Assembly: GCA_004022145.1 (NCBI GenBank)
Contig: RCNU01000003.1
Length of the DNA stretch: 64,000 nucleotides
Source: Paecilomyces variotii
Lineage: Eukaryota
Strand: one strand, 5' to 3'
Below, in pieces: positions 62,984 through 64,000 of this stretch. The translations under genes were made by a program, and so were the position numbers. Each line of letters opens with the position of its first letter. Positions within the stretch are counted from its first letter, which is position 1. The notes beneath the pieces are model-generated. The model was not told the origin of the DNA. It ran no database searches and was given only the letters and a program-made list of their open reading frames with translations.

Positions 62984-64000
62984 ATGGAGGGTGACAAGAT
63001 CGCCGACTTCCTCGCAGACCAGCGCGATCAAGCTCCTGCGGAGGCGCAGGCCTTTTTCTTGAGCTTCGAAGATTTCTGGGAGAGGAAGCTATGGCATCAA
63101 CTCACGAATTCCCTCATAGATTTCTTCTCTCTACCAGAGAGCGCACCGCAACGGCTACCTCTCTTCAAGTCGTTCATCCTCAGCTTCGCCGATAGGATCA
63201 ATCAGCTGAAGTTCGTGTCGCTGGGTTTGATGGCATCTACGCAATGCGCAGGTCAGTGGTTTTGATATATACAATCCCTTGCTCCATTGGGTGCTACGTT
63301 GAAGCTCGTCCGATCTGAACAGAGGCTGACATCACTGGTGGTCCTTAGATGACAATGAACGATTTGCTTTCCTTACTTCCCTTGCAGACAAGGTCAACAA
63401 GCCAGACTCGCAGGATGCATATGTCTACGCTTTGGCAGATGTGGCCAGCGTGAAGCTACGACTAAAGGATTTTGAGGGAGCGCGCAAGGACTTGGATACT
63501 TCTGAGAAGATCCTGGACAGATTCGACTCCGTTGAGACGGTTGTCCATGCTTCGTTCTACAAAGTAAACGCTGCTTACTACCAGGTATGTGGAAGACAGT
63601 TGATGCTTTTTAGATACTGCCATGGTTCTAATGTACGATCTCCAGGCCAAGCAAGAATTCGCCGCTTATTACAAGAACGCCCTGCTGTACCTCGCATGCA
63701 TCAACATTGAAGACTTGACTGAAGAAGAGCGTGTGTCGCGCGCATATGACCTCAGTGTTGCAGCCCTTGTTTCGGACTCAATCTATAACTTTGGTGAACT
63801 GCTCCTGCACCCTATCCTGGACTCCCTCACCGAGACACCCCACGCCTGGCTGCGGGACCTTCTCTTCGCCTTCAACCGTGGCGATCTCACCGCCTACGAC
63901 GTCCTCGCCGGTAACATCACCAAGAACCAGCTCCTCGAGCAACACCGTATCTTCCTGTACCAGAAGATCTCTCTGTCGGCCCTAACAGAGACTGTCTTCC
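62984..64000 (+). CDS. RPN9: 26S proteasome lid subunit Rpn9 (3' end beyond window)
   Basis: FEDFWERKLWHQLT, FADRINQLKFV, FAAYYKNALLYLAC and IYNFGELLLHPIL. Confidence 0.95.

Overview
Intron-rich filamentous ascomycete DNA; the gene content and GT-AG/CTAAC introns fit the Eurotiales. The left ~31 kb is largely accessory. It holds a Zn2Cys6 factor, a GST, an HNH-domain gene, a TA-flanked internally deleted Tc1/mariner relic, and a compact five-gene candidate RiPP (dikaritin-like) cluster. That cluster comprises a membrane-anchored tyrosinase-like gene, two DUF3328/UstYa oxidases, a spliced 50-aa secreted single-core peptide and an O-methyltransferase. Further right come a MetE-like gene, a Pth11-like membrane protein, TTI1, an A-T-R NRPS-like reductase, a killer-toxin-type chitinase pseudogene plus F-box gene bracketed by ~300-bp direct repeats, and a CFEM gene. 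The right ~33 kb is mostly housekeeping: DNA ligase I, capping guanylyltransferase, SGF73, CEM1, an ER-type ureohydrolase, cdc42, mirC, HEM4, NDUFA9 and RPN9. The most striking observation is two tRNA-Ser(CGA) genes (56231-56393 and 62495-62659, minus strand) with identical exons. Each carries the normal anticodon-loop intron plus a second 57/61-nt insert in the T-stem with complete spliceosomal signals (GTAAGT...CTAAC...CAG). Removing that insert precisely restores the cloverleaf. All gene models were read by eye; no database searches were run.
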